Positions 45,482 to 56,205 of a stretch of DNA of 64,000 nucleotides are shown one piece after another (position 1 is the stretch's first letter; each line of letters opens with the position of its first letter). The notes under the pieces are model-generated. The model did no database searches and was not told where the DNA came from. It saw only the letters and a program-made list of their open reading frames with translations. This DNA comes from Gemmatimonadales bacterium (GTDB lineage Bacteria; Gemmatimonadota; Gemmatimonadetes; Gemmatimonadales; GWC2-71-9), in the NCBI GenBank assembly GCA_036556625.1, contig DATBJC010000006.1, positions 7,653 through 71,652 of the forward strand, read 5' to 3'. The translations under genes were made by a program, and so were the position numbers.

Positions 45482-45566
45482 ACTTCATCCCGAGCGGAGC
45501 GAGGGACCTGCTCGGCCCGGCATCGTGACAGGCCGGGCAGATCCCTCGCTCCGCTCGGGATGAAGT
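45482..45566. repeat. REP-like palindromic element, 25-bp perfect arms (ACTTCATCCCGAGCGGAGCGAGGGA)
   Basis: The left arm (45482-45506) and right arm (45542-45566) are exact reverse complements, with an imperfect inner hairpin ctgctcggcccgg...ggccgggcag. The arm sequence is related to the element at 59044..59128. The right arm abuts the TAA stop of the aldehyde dehydrogenase. Confidence 0.85.
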
Positions 45567-47134
45567 TACATCTCTATGACGGTGCGGTTCTGCTCGCGCA
45601 TGAACTGCGCGACATAGTACGGCCCGCACCCGCCCTTGCCGGTCGAGCCGGAGCCCTTCCATCCGCAGAACGCCTGCGCTCCGGGCCAGGCCCCGGTGGT
45701 GGCCCCGCTCCGCTTGTTGGCGTAGCAGACGCCGGCCTCGATCTCGTCGAAGAAGCGCTCCACTTCTTTCGGGTCCGCGGAGAAGATTCCGGCGGTGAGG
45801 CCGTACTCCGCGGCATTGGATTCGGCGATCGCCTCATCCAGCCCGCGCACTTCCCCCACCGCCAGAAAGGGCACGAACAGCTCCTCCCGATACAGCGAGC
45901 TGGTGAGCGGGAGCTTCGCGATGGTGGGGGCGACGAAATGCCCCTTGTCGAACACGCCGCCCCGCAGCCGCTCACCGCCAAGCACGATCGTGCCTTCCTG
46001 ACGGGCCTGCGCTACGGCGCGCTCGAACCGTTCGACCGATCGCCGGTTGATCACCGGCCCGAAGAAGACGTCCCGCTCGGTGGGGTCTCCCATCCTGATC
46101 GAGCGGGTCTTCTCCAGCAGGCGGTCGAGGAAGGGCGCCGCCACGGTGCCATCCACGTAGACCCGAGAGGTGGCACTGCACTTCTGGTTCTGCAGGCTGA
46201 ACGCGGAGCGCATCACGCCTTCGGCAGCCGCGTCGAGGTCCGCGCTCGCGGTGACCACCGCCGCGTTCTTGCCACCCAGCTCCAGCAGGCAAGGCTTGAT
46301 CCAGCGCACGCTGATCCCGGCGTGAATCCGGAGGCCAACCTCCTTGGAGCCGGTGAACACCACCCCGTCCACCCCGGGATGTTGCCACAGCGCATCGCCC
46401 ATGTCCTTACCGCGGCCCGCCAGGAAATTGAACACCCCTGCCGGCACCCCCGCATCCCGATAGATCTCCGCCAGTCGCAGGCCGGTCCAGGGTGCGTCCT
46501 CGGCCGGCTTGTAGACCACGGCGTTCCCCGCCATGAGGGCGGCGGAGGACATCCCGGTCGAGAGGGCGAGCGGAAAGTTGAACGGCGCGATGCAGGCGAA
46601 CACCCCATAGGGCCGGAGCACGTCGGTGTTCCGCTCGATAGGCGTGATCTTCCCCATCGGCCGGACGAATCCGTCGCTCTCCTCCATCTGGCCGCAGTAG
46701 TAGTCGATCAGATCGGCTGATTCCTCCGCGTCACCCATGGCCTCCAGCCGGCTCTTCCCCACCTCCAGAGACATGAGCGCAGCGAGATCGTACTTGCGCT
46801 CCCGGATCAGCTCCGCCCCGCGACGCAGAATGCCTACCCGCTCGCGCCAGGGCCGACGACCCCAGCCCCGCTGCGCCTCCCGGGCCCGGCGGACCGCGAG
46901 ATCCACCTCCGCCGGGCCGGCGGCGGCGAAGCGGCCCAGCAGCAGCGACGTATCGATGGGGGAGCGATCCTCCAGCGGTGGCCCCGCGCTCGCAATCGGT
47001 TCGCCGCCGATCAGGTTGGGATAGATGGCGCCCGCGGCGGCGCGGATTTTCGCGAGGGCTTCGTCGAAGCGACGGTGGAAGTCGTCCAGGTCGCCGGCGG
47101 TCGAGGTATAGGTGATCTTCGTGGCTGTCGTCAT
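45566..47134 (-). CDS. Aldehyde dehydrogenase, RocA/PruA-type (L-glutamate gamma-semialdehyde / P5C dehydrogenase-like)
   Basis: 522 aa. Motifs: EAMGDAEESADLIDYYCGQM, FTGSKEVG and LELGGKNA...QKCSATSRVYV (catalytic Cys). The N-terminal region resembles Bacillus RocA as remembered. Confidence 0.8.
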   Translation of the reverse strand: MTTATKITYTSTAGDLDDFHRRFDEALAKIRAAAGAIYPNLIGGEPIASAGPPLEDRSPIDTSLLLGRFAAAGPAEVDLAVRRAREAQRGWGRRPWRERVGILRRGAELIRERKYDLAALMSLEVGKSRLEAMGDAEESADLIDYYCGQMEESDGFVRPMGKITPIERNTDVLRPYGVFACIAPFNFPLALSTGMSSAALMAGNAVVYKPAEDAPWTGLRLAEIYRDAGVPAGVFNFLAGRGKDMGDALWQHPGVDGVVFTGSKEVGLRIHAGISVRWIKPCLLELGGKNAAVVTASADLDAAAEGVMRSAFSLQNQKCSATSRVYVDGTVAAPFLDRLLEKTRSIRMGDPTERDVFFGPVINRRSVERFERAVAQARQEGTIVLGGERLRGGVFDKGHFVAPTIAKLPLTSSLYREELFVPFLAVGEVRGLDEAIAESNAAEYGLTAGIFSADPKEVERFFDEIEAGVCYANKRSGATTGAWPGAQAFCGWKGSGSTGKGGCGPYYVAQFMREQNRTVIEM

Positions 47135-48486
47135 TTGGTCGCTCCCACCCGGTCCGTCGCATCACGCAACGCCCGGGTCAACAGCACCACCATCTCGTCG
47201 ATGTGATCCTCGGTGACGACGAAGGGCGGAGCCAGCATCACAAGGTCGCCGTTGCGGCCATCGGCGTGCCCGATATTGGGCCAGACCACCAGTCCGGCGT
47301 CGAGAGCCGCCTGGGTAAAAGTCTCCGCGAATGCCGCGGAACGCGGCAGCGGCTCGCGAGTTTCCGGATCCGCCACGAACTCGATCCCCGCCAGCAGTCC
47401 CCGGCCCCGGACGTCTCCTATCAGGGGGAGTTGCCGCAGGTCCCCCAGCCGCCGGTGCAACACCCGCCCCATCTCTGCGGCGCGCTCGATCAGCCGCCGC
47501 TCCCGGAGATACCGCAGGGTCGCGACGCCGGCGGCGCAAAGCACCGGGTGATGGGAGAAGGTCTGGGCATGGGCCAGGGCTCCCGAGCCGCGGGCGAGCA
47601 CATCGGCCAGCGCCCGTCGGGTCACCACGGCGGACAGGGGCACGTAGCCGCCGGCGATGCCCTTCCCCAGGGTCATGATGTCAGGCACCACCCCGAAGGG
47701 CTCCAGCGCTGACCAGGTGCCGGTTCGGCCTGCCCCGGTCAGGACTTCGTCGGCGATCAGCAGGACTTCATGCCGATCGCAAACCTGACGCACCCGGTCC
47801 CAGTACCCCTGCGGCGGGACCGTCGCTCCGGTGGAGGACCCGCCAACCGGCTCGGCGATGAAGACGGCGACGGAGTCGGGCCCCGACTGAAGTATGGCCT
47901 CCTCTACCGCCGCGCCGCTGCATGCACCGCAATAGGGCGCGACGCCTCGACATTCGCAGCGATAGCCGTTCGGCGCCGGCACCCGAACCACCTCGACCAG
48001 CCAGTCACCGAACAGGGCACTGTAGTGCGGCCGCGCCGAGGCGGAGAGGGCGAGCAGGGTGTTGCCGTGATAGGAGGGCGCCAGGGTCAGGATCTTGCGC
48101 TTCTCCGTGCGGCCGATCTCCACCCAGTACTGCCGCGCCAGCTTGAGTGCGGCTTCCACCGCCTCGGATCCGCTGCCCAGCGGGTACACCAGATCCAGGT
48201 CGCCGGATGAGAGCCGGGCGATTTCTGCGGCCAGCTCCTCTACCGGGCCGTGGGTGAAGGCGGTGCCGTTCACATAGCCCAGCACGCGCGCCTGCTCGCC
48301 CAGGGCCATCGCGATCTCGGGGACGCCGTGTCCCAGGTTCACCACAAAGGCGCCGCCGCAGCCGTCGAGGTACCGCCGCCCGGTGTCATCGTAGAGGTAG
48401 CAGCCCTCGCCCCTCACGATTCGCGGGTAGCGCCGCGTCAGCTTGCGATAGAAGACGTGGGAGCCGGGATTGGCGGGATCGGGCAT
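47131..48486 (-). CDS. Class-III PLP aminotransferase (omega-aminotransferase / BioA-like subfamily)
   Basis: 451 aa. RGEGCYLYDDTGRRYLDGCGGAFVVNLGHG...SGSEAVEAALKLARQY...LIADEVLTGAGRTGTW...TLGKGIAGGYVPLSAV. Confidence 0.82.
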   Translation of the reverse strand: MPDPANPGSHVFYRKLTRRYPRIVRGEGCYLYDDTGRRYLDGCGGAFVVNLGHGVPEIAMALGEQARVLGYVNGTAFTHGPVEELAAEIARLSSGDLDLVYPLGSGSEAVEAALKLARQYWVEIGRTEKRKILTLAPSYHGNTLLALSASARPHYSALFGDWLVEVVRVPAPNGYRCECRGVAPYCGACSGAAVEEAILQSGPDSVAVFIAEPVGGSSTGATVPPQGYWDRVRQVCDRHEVLLIADEVLTGAGRTGTWSALEPFGVVPDIMTLGKGIAGGYVPLSAVVTRRALADVLARGSGALAHAQTFSHHPVLCAAGVATLRYLRERRLIERAAEMGRVLHRRLGDLRQLPLIGDVRGRGLLAGIEFVADPETREPLPRSAAFAETFTQAALDAGLVVWPNIGHADGRNGDLVMLAPPFVVTEDHIDEMVVLLTRALRDATDRVGATK

Positions 48487-48611
48487 CGGTTTGGGCGATC
48501 TGCAGTGGGAGAGCCGGAGGTCCCAGGTGCCTCCAGGCGCCGGAATGTGCTGGGATCGGGCAACCGGCGCCAGGGGTGCGAGATAGAGCCGAGGGAAAAG
48601 AGACGGAAGGA

Positions 48612-48627
48612 TGGCCCGTATCCTGCT
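48612..48627 (+). promoter_or_regulatory. Candidate sigma54 (-24/-12) promoter TGGCCCG-N4-CTGCT
   Basis: TGGCCCGTATCCTGCT compared with consensus TGGCACG-N4-TTGCW: GG and GC are at the exact spacing and 10 of 12 specified positions match. It sits 60 nt upstream of ATG 48687 in a divergent intergenic region. Confidence 0.35.
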
Positions 48628-48686
48628 GAAAATGCAGGTGACCCTACCCCTACAGGGAGCTCGGCAGCCTACGCCGGCGGTCTACC

Positions 48687-49145
48687 ATGCAATCACCACT
48701 GGTCATCGACGCCTTACGCGAGCAGCTCTTGCGCGTGCTGGACTGGTACCAGCACCAGCGGCCCTGCTTCGGCTGGGGAGTGGTGATTCACCGGCGCAAC
48801 GAGCGTGGCAGATTGCGGTTCGGAGCGATCACGCCGTGGGGGGAAAGCCTGCTGCTCACCGAAGCCCTGGCCCAGGAGCTGGGAACGGTCCCCTGCTGGC
48901 TCGACGGCGCAGTCCGAGTGCGGCTGGAGTGCCGTCACCTCACCGAATCGCAGCCCTGGATGGATGCGCTGGTCCGCAGCAACCGGCCGCGCCTGGTGGA
49001 AGCCATCGCCGTGTACTTCGACCCCGACACCACGCCGGAAGAGGTCGTGGCGTTCCAGGCCATGGCCGGCGTGCTCACGCCCGCCCGGTGCCCCTCGGAG
49101 CTGTTCGTGCTCACGCGCACGCGGCCGGTGGGGTGGCCGGTGTAG
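48687..49145 (+). CDS. Hypothetical protein (orphan, 152 aa)
   Basis: This is the only frame here with a balanced composition (W, Q, F, E, C): MQSPLVIDALREQLLRVLDWYQHQRPCFGWGVVIHRRNERG.... Overlapping frames are Arg/Ala/Pro-rich shadows. I recognise no motif and see no clear SD. Confidence 0.5.
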   Translation: MQSPLVIDALREQLLRVLDWYQHQRPCFGWGVVIHRRNERGRLRFGAITPWGESLLLTEALAQELGTVPCWLDGAVRVRLECRHLTESQPWMDALVRSNRPRLVEAIAVYFDPDTTPEEVVAFQAMAGVLTPARCPSELFVLTRTRPVGWPV

Positions 49146-49234
49146 AAACTGGGTGAAGCGTGAAGCGTAATGAGTGAAGAGGGGCTCAATTGCGAGCCCC
49201 TCTTTACGCTTCACGCTTCAGGCTTCACCCAGTT

Positions 49235-49238
<4 letters not shown>
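49142..49238. terminator. 97-nt imperfect palindrome built from heptamers; probable bidirectional terminator
   Basis: Left: gtagaaactgg GTGAAGC GTGAAGC GTAATGA GTGAAGA GGGGCTC. Loop: aattgc. Right: GAGCCCC TCTTTAC GCTTCAC GCTTCAG GCTTCAC ccagttctac. The core 12-bp stem is gaagaggggctc/gagcccctcttt. The outer arms contain the TAG stops of both convergent genes (49143-45 and 49235-37). Confidence 0.7.
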
Positions 49239-51367
<2,129 letters not shown>

Positions 51368-51488
51368 GGCCCTTCGCCTCACTGGTTTGGGTGGTGCCTG
51401 GAAAGCGCGCAAGATAATCAGGAGGCAAATGTTGGGGGAGTACGTCTGGACCAGCAGATGCGTCATTGTCGAGGCACTGACAAAGCGG

Positions 51489-52478
51489 CTAGGCCGGCCC
51501 TTGTGCAATGGCCTCCTCCAAGTCCGCGAAGTCCTGATCCGACAGCTCGGTATACACCGGATTCGACAGATATCGCTCCCCGAAATCGCAGACAATGGAG
51601 ACGATAAGCTTGCCGGCACTTTCCGGCCGCGACGCCACCTGCAGCGCCGCCCAGGTGATCGACCCGCTGGAGATCCCGGCGAAAATGGCCTCCTCCCGAG
51701 CCAGCCGCCGCGCAGTGGCGATGGCGTCGTCATTACTCACCCGGATCACTTCGTCGAAGATCTTGGTATCCAGGATCGAGGGAACGAAGCCGGCGCCGAT
51801 GCCCTGTTGCCGATGGGGCGAGGGCTGCCCTCCCGAAAGAACCGGGCTCTCCGCGGGCTCCACGGCCACGATCCTGATCTCCGGCTTCTTCTCCCGCAGG
51901 TAGCGTCCCGCCCCGGTGATGGTGCCGCCGGTTCCCACCCCGGCCACGAAGACCTCCACCTGACCCGCGGTGTCGGTCCAGATCTCCGGACCGGTCGTCC
52001 GATAGTGAATGGCGGGATTGGCCGGGTTGTCGAACTGCCGGGGCATCCAGCCGCGGTCGCCCAGCTTGGCCAGGATCTCCTCGGCCCGCGCCATCGCGCC
52101 TTTCATTCCCTTGGCCCCCTCAGTCAGCACCACCCGCGTCCCGAGGGCCCGCAGCAGATGACGCCTCTCGAGCGTCATGGTGTCCGGCATGGTGAAGATG
52201 CAGCGGTAGCCTCTGGCAGCTGCCACATAGGCCAACCCGATTCCGGTGTTGCCACTGGTCGGCTCCACGATGACCATGCCGGGCTTGAGCCGCCCCTTGG
52301 CCACCGCGTCGTCGATCATGGCGGCGCCGATCCGATCCTTCACCGAGTCGTAGGGGTTGTATCCCTCATGCTTCACGGCGATCCGGCCCGGCAATCCGAC
52401 GCCGACACGATTGAGTCGGATGAGGGGAGTATTGCCGACCGTTTCGGCGACATCCTGATAGATCTTCCCGTGTGGCAT
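51489..52478 (-). CDS. cysK: Cysteine synthase A / O-acetylserine sulfhydrylase family (PLP fold type II)
   Basis: [11 protein letters not shown]...[20 protein letters not shown]...[12 protein letters not shown]...[13 protein letters not shown] at 52478 is preferred over GTG at 52484. Confidence 0.85.
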   Translation of the reverse strand: MPHGKIYQDVAETVGNTPLIRLNRVGVGLPGRIAVKHEGYNPYDSVKDRIGAAMIDDAVAKGRLKPGMVIVEPTSGNTGIGLAYVAAARGYRCIFTMPDTMTLERRHLLRALGTRVVLTEGAKGMKGAMARAEEILAKLGDRGWMPRQFDNPANPAIHYRTTGPEIWTDTAGQVEVFVAGVGTGGTITGAGRYLREKKPEIRIVAVEPAESPVLSGGQPSPHRQQGIGAGFVPSILDTKIFDEVIRVSNDDAIATARRLAREEAIFAGISSGSITWAALQVASRPESAGKLIVSIVCDFGERYLSNPVYTELSDQDFADLEEAIAQGPA

Positions 52479-52532
52479 GATCACCCTCGATGTTCGGGCC
52501 CGGAATCGAATCGCGGCAAGGATCCCCGCTGC

Positions 52533-53531
52533 TTACGCCTCGATCAGCCGCGCGGCACGCCGCGCGAGATCCATCAGTTGCTCGAACCCCCAGCCGTCGC
52601 GGTCATGGACCCGCCTGACCAGCGGAGCCGGCAGCGCCCCAGGGCCCAGCCGAGCGCCGGAGATAGCTCCGGCAATCGCCGCCATCGTATCGGTGTCACC
52701 ACCCACTCCGATCGCGGTGCAGAGTGTCGTCCAGTAGTCGTCAGGGGTGCGGACGAAGGCATAGAGACTCCAGAGGACGCTGGGGATGACGTACGCGGAG
52801 ACGCCCCGCCACGCATCCGCGTAGTCGGGATCGAGCCGCTCGGCATGCAGTCGGCGCGCAGCTTCCGGTGGTGGGAGGTGGCTCCATCCACGCAGGTTGA
52901 GAATGGCCGTGGCGACCGACTGATCTGCCGTGGCCGCCAGGTCGGCGACCGCACGGAGGAACTGCTCATCCTCGACCGGATATCTGGCCACTGCGAGGGA
53001 GACCGCGCCTGCCACTGCCAGCGACCCCGCGGCACAACGGGAATCCAGATGGGTGATCAGACTCTGCTCCCGGGCCGCCCGAAGCAGGGCGCGATCATCT
53101 GTTCCGAACAGGACCCCCAGAGGCGCCGCCCGCATGGCGCTGCCGTTGCCGGCGTAGGGCGCCGGGGTGCCCGAGTGAGTCCAGTGCGTGCCCTTCAGCA
53201 GCCGCATTGCGGCGGCCCGAGTGGCCGGGCCCGCGCCGACATCCCGTCCTTCGGCGAAGATCGCGGCCAGCCGGCGGCCGAACAGCTCCGGGTTCCAGCC
53301 GCGGCCATCCACGAAGCTCAGCACCAGCTCGCGGGCCAGCTGCGTGTCGTCGCTGTACTGACCGAAGGGGAATTCGGGATGGGCCAGCTCGCCGGCCCGC
53401 CCGGCCAGCAGGTAGTCCTCGACGTACTGGCGGGCGATCTCGGGGGGCTTTGCCTCGACCACGAATCCCAGAGCGTCCCCCAGCGCCTGACCGAGGAGGC
53501 ACCCGGCCAGTGCCGTGGCGGTGTCGGTCAC
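52533..53531 (-). CDS. ADP-ribosylglycohydrolase family protein (ARH/DraG-like)
   Basis: CLLGQALGDALGFVVE, QYSDDTQLAREL, GNGSAMRAAPLG and GGDTDTMAAIAGAISGA. The GTG start overlaps the upstream permease stop. Confidence 0.82.
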   Translation of the reverse strand: MTDTATALAGCLLGQALGDALGFVVEAKPPEIARQYVEDYLLAGRAGELAHPEFPFGQYSDDTQLARELVLSFVDGRGWNPELFGRRLAAIFAEGRDVGAGPATRAAAMRLLKGTHWTHSGTPAPYAGNGSAMRAAPLGVLFGTDDRALLRAAREQSLITHLDSRCAAGSLAVAGAVSLAVARYPVEDEQFLRAVADLAATADQSVATAILNLRGWSHLPPPEAARRLHAERLDPDYADAWRGVSAYVIPSVLWSLYAFVRTPDDYWTTLCTAIGVGGDTDTMAAIAGAISGARLGPGALPAPLVRRVHDRDGWGFEQLMDLARRAARLIEA

Positions 53532-54871
53532 GGCCTGCGCCAGAAATAGAACACGGGAATGCCGGCGGCGATCGCCGCCACACTACCGAGTGCGGGCCCC
53601 GGACGCTGGTACATGGAGTTGAGCAGGAGTCCCCCGGTCGCAAGGATGAACACGATCGGAACCAAGGGATACCCCGGACAGCGATAGGGCCGCGGCAGGT
53701 CGGGCCGCCGGCCGCGCAGCAGAAGCACCGCCCCTGCCGCGAGGGCCCAGAACGGGAGGCTTGCCAGGATGAAGACCTCGATCAGCTGCTCGAAGGTTCG
53801 CACCCAGAGGCAACCGATCGCGAGTGCGGCGGTGAGAGCGACGGCGGCGTGCGGCGTGCCGTATCGAGGGTGCACCGCGGCGATCCGGCGGAAGAAGAGG
53901 CGGTCTTCCGCCATCGCGAAAAAGATCCGCGGATAGCAGATCATTCCGCTGTTCATGGTTCCGAAGGTCGAGACGCAGACCAGCGCAGCGATCAGCGCGT
54001 TGCCCACCGGTCCGAAAAGCCGCACCGCCGTGTCGGCCGCGACGAGGGGGGAGCGCTCGATCGCCGCCATCGGTAGCACGGCGAGATACGCCGCATTGAC
54101 GAGGAGATACACGCCGGTCACGATCAGCGCGCCGAGGATGAGGGCGCGCGGCAGCGTGCGGCCCGGATCCCGGATCTCACCGCCGACGTAGGTGGCGTCC
54201 TGCCAGCCGTTGTAGGCCCAGAGCACGGTCACCAGGCCAAGCCCGAAGCCAGTCATGCTGGCGGGCATCAGAGGGCCACTCTCCAGCCAGGTCGTGTCGC
54301 CCTCGCGCCCCAGGAGGAAGGCGGCCGCGGTGAGACCGAGGATCGCGAGCACCTTGGAGCCGGAGGACAGGTTGGAGACGGCGGCGCCGACCCGCAGTGA
54401 GCGGTAGTTCCAGGCCGCGACCATCACTACGGCGATGGTCGCCACCAGTGGGGTCTGCGGCTCGATCTGCGGCATGATCCTGCCGAGATACTCGGCGAAG
54501 ACCAGCGCGACAGCAGCGATCGAGATCGGTGCGATGACCAGCAGCAACCAACCCACGAGGAACGCCGGCAGCGACCCATACGCCTCGTTGAGGTACACGT
54601 AAATTCCGCCTGCCCGGGGATAGAGGGCGGCGAGCTCGGCCAGCGCCAGCGCGCCGCAGAGCGCGACGAGACCTCCCGCTACCCACACCAGCATCATCCC
54701 GCCGGGTGTTCCCACTTGAGCGGCGGTGGCGCTCGGCACCCGGAAGATGCCGCTGCCGATCATACTTCCGATCACGATGCCGACGGCGGACCAGACGCCG
54801 AGCTGCCGCGCGAGGGCGCGGGGAGCAGGTGGGCTGAGCCCGGGCGGGGCGGACTGGGAGCTCTCACCCAT
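53528..54871 (-). CDS. APC-superfamily amino acid permease
   Basis: ATG at 54871 (MGESSQSAPPGLSPP...). RQLGVWSAVGIVIGSMIGSGIFRVPS...YPRAGGIYVYLNEAYG. 12 TM. Confidence 0.82.
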   Translation of the reverse strand: MGESSQSAPPGLSPPAPRALARQLGVWSAVGIVIGSMIGSGIFRVPSATAAQVGTPGGMMLVWVAGGLVALCGALALAELAALYPRAGGIYVYLNEAYGSLPAFLVGWLLLVIAPISIAAVALVFAEYLGRIMPQIEPQTPLVATIAVVMVAAWNYRSLRVGAAVSNLSSGSKVLAILGLTAAAFLLGREGDTTWLESGPLMPASMTGFGLGLVTVLWAYNGWQDATYVGGEIRDPGRTLPRALILGALIVTGVYLLVNAAYLAVLPMAAIERSPLVAADTAVRLFGPVGNALIAALVCVSTFGTMNSGMICYPRIFFAMAEDRLFFRRIAAVHPRYGTPHAAVALTAALAIGCLWVRTFEQLIEVFILASLPFWALAAGAVLLLRGRRPDLPRPYRCPGYPLVPIVFILATGGLLLNSMYQRPGPALGSVAAIAAGIPVFYFWRRP

Positions 54872-54970
54872 TCCGTCTGGGGGTACTGGACCCAAGGCGT
54901 GGTCCTTGCTGATCCGGGGAAGAGACCCGACGGCATTGATTCGCCCAAACCTAACCCAGCACGAACCCCA

Positions 54971-55135
54971 GAGCCCAACGTTCAGGGGCCACCTGCGGTA
55001 CCTGGGTGGCCAATGGTTCCGGTAAGTGATACTGGACACAGTTTACCGGAGGCCCCAGACTCTATTCTCGGCGACCATGAACGGTAAGCCACGGACGTGG
55101 TGCCCCTAAGTTCCCCAAGAGCCCAACGATCAGGG
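54971..55135. repeat. Pair of 17-nt direct repeats gagcccaacg(t/a)tcaggg, 148 nt apart
   Basis: The copies at 54971-54987 and 55119-55135 differ at one position, and both are preceded by cccca. They bracket the candidate promoter of the APC/ARH/cysK operon. Confidence 0.75.
55059..55087 (-). promoter_or_regulatory. Candidate sigma70-type promoter (TTACCG-17-TAGAGT) for the APC permease operon
   Basis: The minus strand reads gcTTACCGttcatggtcgccgagaaTAGAGTctgg. It would give a ~180-nt leader containing hairpins ccggtaa-N17-ttaccgg and ggccacc-N11-ggtggcc. Confidence 0.35.
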
Positions 55136-55161
55136 CCAGGTATAGCCTACTCGGTGCTTCG

Positions 55162-56109
55162 GTGGAGCTCCAGAAACCAAGCGGCTGGCCGGAAATGCCC
55201 CTAGTAGAAGCGCTGGCGAGCCGGAGTCAGGGTCTCATTTTCCGTCTCCGGCTTGCTTCCAGAGCCATTCGGCACCCGGAACGGGCCCTCCTGAGGCTCT
55301 TGCTTTACGCGAGGCTAGCCAGGCTCGACCCTCAGGCGGATCACCGCCGCTTTCTGGCCTGGCTATCGGACAAGTTCGGCGTTGACTCGGAAGCACTGGA
55401 CGCCGAGTACGACAACTCAGCGTTCCGTCGCAGGTACCTGGCGCGAGTGCGTGATCTCCGCAGCTCCCTCGGACCGCGGCGCTCGGGAACGTCGAGCTCC
55501 TGGAGTCTCAGGGCGTTGTATCTACTCGTCCGTGCCGCTCGGCCCCGCGTGATCGTGGAAACTGGTGTCCTGTACGGTGCATCAAGCGCTCACATCCTGG
55601 GCGCGCTTGCTGCGAACCGGGAGGGCGAGCTGTACAGCATCGATCTTCGCCATGATGCGAATGAGCCGGAGTCGGGGTTCCTGGTGCCCGACGGGTTTCA
55701 AGATCGATGGCACCTCATCATCGGCGACGCCCGCCGGGAACTGCCGATCCTGCTGGAGCAGGTTCCCGCGATCGACTGCTTTCACCATGATAGCCTGCAC
55801 ACGTTTCAGCACATGACGTTCGAGTACCGGACGGCCCTGCCGCATCTGAGGCCGGGAGGGGTGCTCTCCTCCCATGACGTCCTGGTCGCACACAGCCTGC
55901 GGGAAATCTTTCAACGGAACGCGTTCCCGGTGTTCTGCGAGCAGCAAGGTCTTCAATGGACCACGTTCCAGAATCACGGGTTCGCCGTTTTGAATGGTGG
56001 TGGAGGGGCCAAGCGTGAAATGCGGTCTGGTTTCATGTCGGGCGATGCGCCCGGGCTGGCGGCGGCGCCGACGCGCGACCGGTCGGCTGAAAACGGCTCC
56101 AGCAGATAG
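55162..56109 (+). CDS. Class I SAM-dependent methyltransferase (Methyltransf_24 / cephalosporin-hydroxylase-like fold)
   Basis: RVIVETGVLYGASSAHILGAL...ELYSIDL...LIIGDARRELP...DCFHHDSLHTFQHMTFEY...LRPGGVLSSHDV. The start is GTG at 55162 or ATG at 55195. It is the only plus-strand gene for several kb. Confidence 0.65.
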   Translation: MELQKPSGWPEMPLVEALASRSQGLIFRLRLASRAIRHPERALLRLLLYARLARLDPQADHRRFLAWLSDKFGVDSEALDAEYDNSAFRRRYLARVRDLRSSLGPRRSGTSSSWSLRALYLLVRAARPRVIVETGVLYGASSAHILGALAANREGELYSIDLRHDANEPESGFLVPDGFQDRWHLIIGDARRELPILLEQVPAIDCFHHDSLHTFQHMTFEYRTALPHLRPGGVLSSHDVLVAHSLREIFQRNAFPVFCEQQGLQWTTFQNHGFAVLNGGGGAKREMRSGFMSGDAPGLAAAPTRDRSAENGSSR

Positions 56110-56163
56110 ACGGTAGAACAAGGCCCCGACATCGGTAGCCGCAAGGTCGACGAGTATGCGAAA

Positions 56164-56185
56164 GGCCACCGCTCAAACGGTGGCC
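56164..56185. terminator. Hairpin terminator shared by tRNA-Ser(CGA) (minus) and the methyltransferase (plus)
   Basis: ggccaccg ctcaaa cggtggcc, an 8-bp perfect stem. On the minus strand it is followed by ttt. Confidence 0.55.
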
Positions 56186-56205
56186 CTCTTGCTACTACCT
56201 ACCTA

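Noticed and set aside
45480-45662. 60-aa minus-strand ORF in the gap between the aldehyde dehydrogenase and the aminotransferase
   Set aside because: The ORF is generated by the REP-like palindrome and the 3' end of the neighbouring gene. It has no RBS and an Arg-rich composition.
48611-49156. Alternative 181-aa plus-strand frame starting at the ATG inside the sigma54-like motif
   Set aside because: Its translation is Ala/Arg/Pro/Gly-rich low complexity. The 48687 frame has a protein-like composition, so only that one is annotated, and even it only at 0.5.
51467-51482. GlnR/TnrA-like palindrome TGTCAGTGCCTCGACA upstream of GS III
   Set aside because: The half-site spacing does not fit TGTNA-N7-TNACA (it is N6 with C instead of T). 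It is a single site immediately after the cysK stop, which is too weak to call.
52533-53531. Calling the ADP-ribosylglycohydrolase draG
   Set aside because: There are no nifH, draT or other nitrogenase genes nearby. Family membership alone does not justify the specific symbol.
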